Origin: a phage
Direction: 5' to 3' (one strand)
Length of the DNA stretch: 64,000 nt
Sequence record: PV467749.1
The position numbers and the translations under genes were made by a program. Below are positions 61,368 through 64,000 of this stretch, piece by piece (position 1 is the first letter of the stretch; each line of letters starts with the position of its first letter). A model generated the notes under the pieces. That model saw only the letters and a list, made by a program, of their open reading frames with translations. It did no database searches and was not told where the DNA came from.

Positions 61368-61976
61368 TTATTGTAGTTGGACACGAACTGTGTATTTGAT
61401 TTGCAAAACACGGTTAGCACTTTTCTCAACTGGGTGAAAAATAATATGGGTAAGTGGAATACCGCTATCACCATTTGTATATAAACCCAATTCGTCAAAT
61501 ACATATGTCCCATCCATGCTAGTACCAGAGCTAACACCTTGGTCAGATGGCTCACCTAAACCTAATGTACAAATACAGACGATATCAGTGTAAGCTTGAC
61601 CTGGAATGTGAACAGTTGTAATGTTGTTATATTGTGAATCAATACCAGCAGAGATACGTGGGTTGATTTTTTTCAGATAAGTCTGAGAATATAGACCACC
61701 GAAAGAAGTAACGCGTGGTTTCTTGTATGTGATACGACCAGTACTCAAAACTACTGTTCCACCATTACCAAAACGCATCTCACTAATAGATCCAATAGGA
61801 ATACCAGTACTATCTTGATTATAAGCCAACGCATTAGCAATAGCAGTACTCATATTTTCAGGGTGAATTGCGTTTGATTTATCCAAAACGATTTTTTGGT
61901 TAGATGGATCAGTAACGTCAGTAATTAGTACATGACCCTTAACAAATAGTTTTGGTTGTTCTGTTTCTAATTTCAT
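61368..61976 (-). CDS. hypothetical protein (202 aa)
   Basis: ORF tightly packed between neighbours. Confidence 0.5.
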   Translation of the reverse strand: MKLETEQPKLFVKGHVLITDVTDPSNQKIVLDKSNAIHPENMSTAIANALAYNQDSTGIPIGSISEMRFGNGGTVVLSTGRITYKKPRVTSFGGLYSQTYLKKINPRISAGIDSQYNNITTVHIPGQAYTDIVCICTLGLGEPSDQGVSSGTSMDGTYVFDELGLYTNGDSGIPLTHIIFHPVEKSANRVLQIKYTVRVQLQ

Positions 61977-61985
61977 TTCTAATCC

Positions 61986-62483
61986 TTAGTAGTTAATTAA
62001 AATTTGTTCTAACTTACCAGCTAAACTTTTTTGTACATCAGATGGATACTTGCTAATGTAATCACGGTCAATACCAACTTTCAGATAGGTAAAGTTTCCG
62101 GTTAAGGTTTCAGCGAATGTACCAGTTGTACCTTGTTCTCTAATAAGGTCGCCGCCATTTGGGTTAAGAATGACATTATCAGTAAATTCAAGATAGAAGT
62201 TGCAGCTTTCGGTAAATTTAATTGGGAACCAATCATCGTCAGATGGATTACTTGCCAGTGTAGCGAGTACGTAAATTCTACCAATGAAGTTACGTAGGGT
62301 AAAGGATATTGTATGTAATCCTGTAGTACTACCATAATAGCCGCCACTAGCTAATGGTAATGTTTGTTCGTTCCAATGATAATCTAAGTTAGCAGGATAC
62401 CAGCTATCTGATTCAGGAAATTCTTGCCATGAACCATCTTTAGTTTTTCTTTTGAAGAGGAAGTCTTTTGATCTTAATGCCAT
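61986..62483 (-). CDS. hypothetical protein (165 aa)
   Basis: First gene of the minus-strand array; ATAAATAAAT late-promoter-like motif upstream. Confidence 0.5.
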   Translation of the reverse strand: MALRSKDFLFKRKTKDGSWQEFPESDSWYPANLDYHWNEQTLPLASGGYYGSTTGLHTISFTLRNFIGRIYVLATLASNPSDDDWFPIKFTESCNFYLEFTDNVILNPNGGDLIREQGTTGTFAETLTGNFTYLKVGIDRDYISKYPSDVQKSLAGKLEQILINY

Positions 62484-62592
62484 TGTTAAGCCCTTTTAGT
62501 AGTGAACTTTCATTTATTTATTAATGGCAACGAAATGTATTTTGTACTGATAAATATTGGTATATGACATTAACTCATACAAGGGAAATATT

Positions 62593-63720
62593 ATGACAAT
62601 TTCATTCAACAATGGGTCAGGTGGTTCATGTAATAATTCTGGCATCAAAAGTTTAGTTATTAACGCTGCTGGACATTTAATTGTAACCTATTCCGACAAT
62701 ACAATCCAAGACCTAGGTCTAGTGGTTGGACAAAATGGTGCTAACGGTAGAAACTTTTATCCAAATGAGATAGGTTTTGAAGTTCCTAATGAACTCTTCC
62801 GTGTTGGTGAAGAACTAGGGTGGTGTTATCTTAGTCTTGCAAACGGCACTAGTACTTTATATTTTAAATCAAACGATGCCCAAGAAACAATTAGTACTTG
62901 GAACCGTGTAGAGTTTGGTAAAGGTGATACTGGTGAAGCTGGTAAACCATTCCACATTGACAGTTCTGGTACGGCGTTTCCAACAACTGGTCTTTTCGAT
63001 AATTACACATTCTATAATACTGAAGATGGTAAATTATATTTCTATCAAAGCGTAACTGCAACATGGAGTGATGGTATTCCTTTCCGTGGTGAACAAGGTC
63101 TACGTGGTCGTTTCCATATTGATAGTACTGGTAGTCAATTCCCAAGCATTGATAATCTACCACAAGATTATTGCTTCTATAACACGACAGATGGTAATTT
63201 GTATTATGTCGATATCGTAACTACATCATCAACCCCAACTAAAGAGTGGAGTGCTGGTATCTTATTCCGTGGAAAAGACGGTGAAGAAGGTAAGCAAGGT
63301 GAACAAGGTATTCAGGGTGAACCAGGTAAAGATACAGTTGTTATTATCAACACTATTGATCATTCATGGACTAACGCATTGTTAGTTATTGGTACATGCC
63401 CTGCTGGATACCTAGTAACTAATATCGAAGTTGATATTAACCAAGCATATGATGAACCAGTAAATGAAATGTTTGTACGTTTCGGTGGTGAAGCACAAGA
63501 AGATATTGGTGGTACTGTAATTGCACCTGTTGATTATTTCGATATCAACCGCAAAATGCGTTACATTGTTAACGAAACCAACCACGAAGTATCAAGTAAA
63601 GATGAAATCATTTCTTGTGTATTCAATGATTCCGTAAACAACAGTTCATTTGGTGAAATGAAGATCGTTTGTACTTTATCATGGCAAGCACCTATTCAGC
63701 CTATTCAAGATAACATTTAA
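62593..63720 (+). CDS. putative fibre-like protein with short collagen-like Gly-X-Y repeats
   Basis: ATG 62593 with AAGGGA RBS (track ORF starts at TTG 62557); GKDGEEGKQGEQGIQGEPGKD; two tandem ~45-aa modules (GEAGKPFHIDSSGTAFP...FYNTEDGKLYF / GLRGRFHIDSTGSQFP...FYNTTDGNLYY). Confidence 0.6.
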   Translation: MTISFNNGSGGSCNNSGIKSLVINAAGHLIVTYSDNTIQDLGLVVGQNGANGRNFYPNEIGFEVPNELFRVGEELGWCYLSLANGTSTLYFKSNDAQETISTWNRVEFGKGDTGEAGKPFHIDSSGTAFPTTGLFDNYTFYNTEDGKLYFYQSVTATWSDGIPFRGEQGLRGRFHIDSTGSQFPSIDNLPQDYCFYNTTDGNLYYVDIVTTSSTPTKEWSAGILFRGKDGEEGKQGEQGIQGEPGKDTVVIINTIDHSWTNALLVIGTCPAGYLVTNIEVDINQAYDEPVNEMFVRFGGEAQEDIGGTVIAPVDYFDINRKMRYIVNETNHEVSSKDEIISCVFNDSVNNSSFGEMKIVCTLSWQAPIQPIQDNI

Positions 63721-63734
63721 AAGAGGGTTGATAA

Positions 63735-64000
63735 ATGGCAGTTTTTTCCAATTTAGAAGGGACCATGATGCCAACATTCAAGTTGGGTAAACGTGGTGCT
63801 TCTATTAATTTTGTAAACGATTCTGTCGCAATCAAAGACTTTTTAGGCGAAACGTTCCTACCTGTTAAGGTGGGAACTCCTAATGACGATGATTCCGCAG
63901 TAAACGTTAGGTATCTTGAAGATAACCCAAATGCTTTATTTGGCGTACTTCCACCAACAAATGACATTGGTAAAAATAACAACACTTATTTTCAAGTTGA
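63735..64000 (+). CDS. hypothetical protein (partial; continues beyond window end)
   Basis: ATG 63735 preceded by AGAGGG RBS; frame open to window end; not in ORF track because it has no stop. Confidence 0.5.
   Translation, partial: MAVFSNLEGTMMPTFKLGKRGASINFVNDSVAIKDFLGETFLPVKVGTPNDDDSAVNVRYLEDNPNALFGVLPPTNDIGKNNNTYFQV

Noticed and set aside
63701-63985. Minus-strand 94-aa ORF at the window end
   Set aside because: Overlaps the 3' end of the 387-aa gene and a better plus-strand ORF (63735 onward) that has an RBS; judged spurious.

Overview
This 64-kb window reads as a contiguous piece of an AT-rich (roughly 38-40% GC by eye) T4-superfamily myovirus genome; no host genes, integrase, tRNA or CRISPR array were found. 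All calls rest on reading the sequence and ORF translations by eye against remembered family motifs; no search or alignment was run. Recognisable modules: (i) replication/recombination: gp32-like SSB (partial, 1..880), RNase H, family-B DNA polymerase (gp43-like), SbcD/SbcC-like gp47/gp46, endonuclease VII-like, gp55-like late sigma factor; (ii) head morphogenesis in T4 order: portal, prohead core proteins, prohead protease, scaffold, major capsid protein, plus a terminase large subunit split by an apparent 1-nt frameshift at its Walker A motif; (iii) baseplate/tail: gp5-like spike with a C-terminal lysozyme domain, separate GH24 endolysin, gp25-like, gp6-like, a giant 3323-aa ORF and fibre-like proteins; (iv) proteostasis/accessory genes: a full-length ClpA-like AAA+ unfoldase, a GroES-like co-chaperonin and a NUDIX hydrolase; (v) three free-standing homing-endonuclease-like genes sharing tandem Cys/His zinc-ribbon modules fused to different nuclease domains, plus a stand-alone T5orf172-like gene. 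Gene order is not T4-like outside the head module. The ORF track includes TTG/GTG starts, so several starts were moved to an internal ATG with a Shine-Dalgarno-like site. Regulatory signals include consensus sigma70-like promoters, TATAAATA late-promoter motifs inside a recurring extended element, and many A-run/GC-hairpin/T-run bidirectional terminators. The most interesting items are the phage-encoded ClpA homolog, the modular zinc-ribbon nuclease family, the frameshifted terminase, the spike/lysozyme duplication, the giant structural ORF and an 0.8-kb GC-richer non-coding island.
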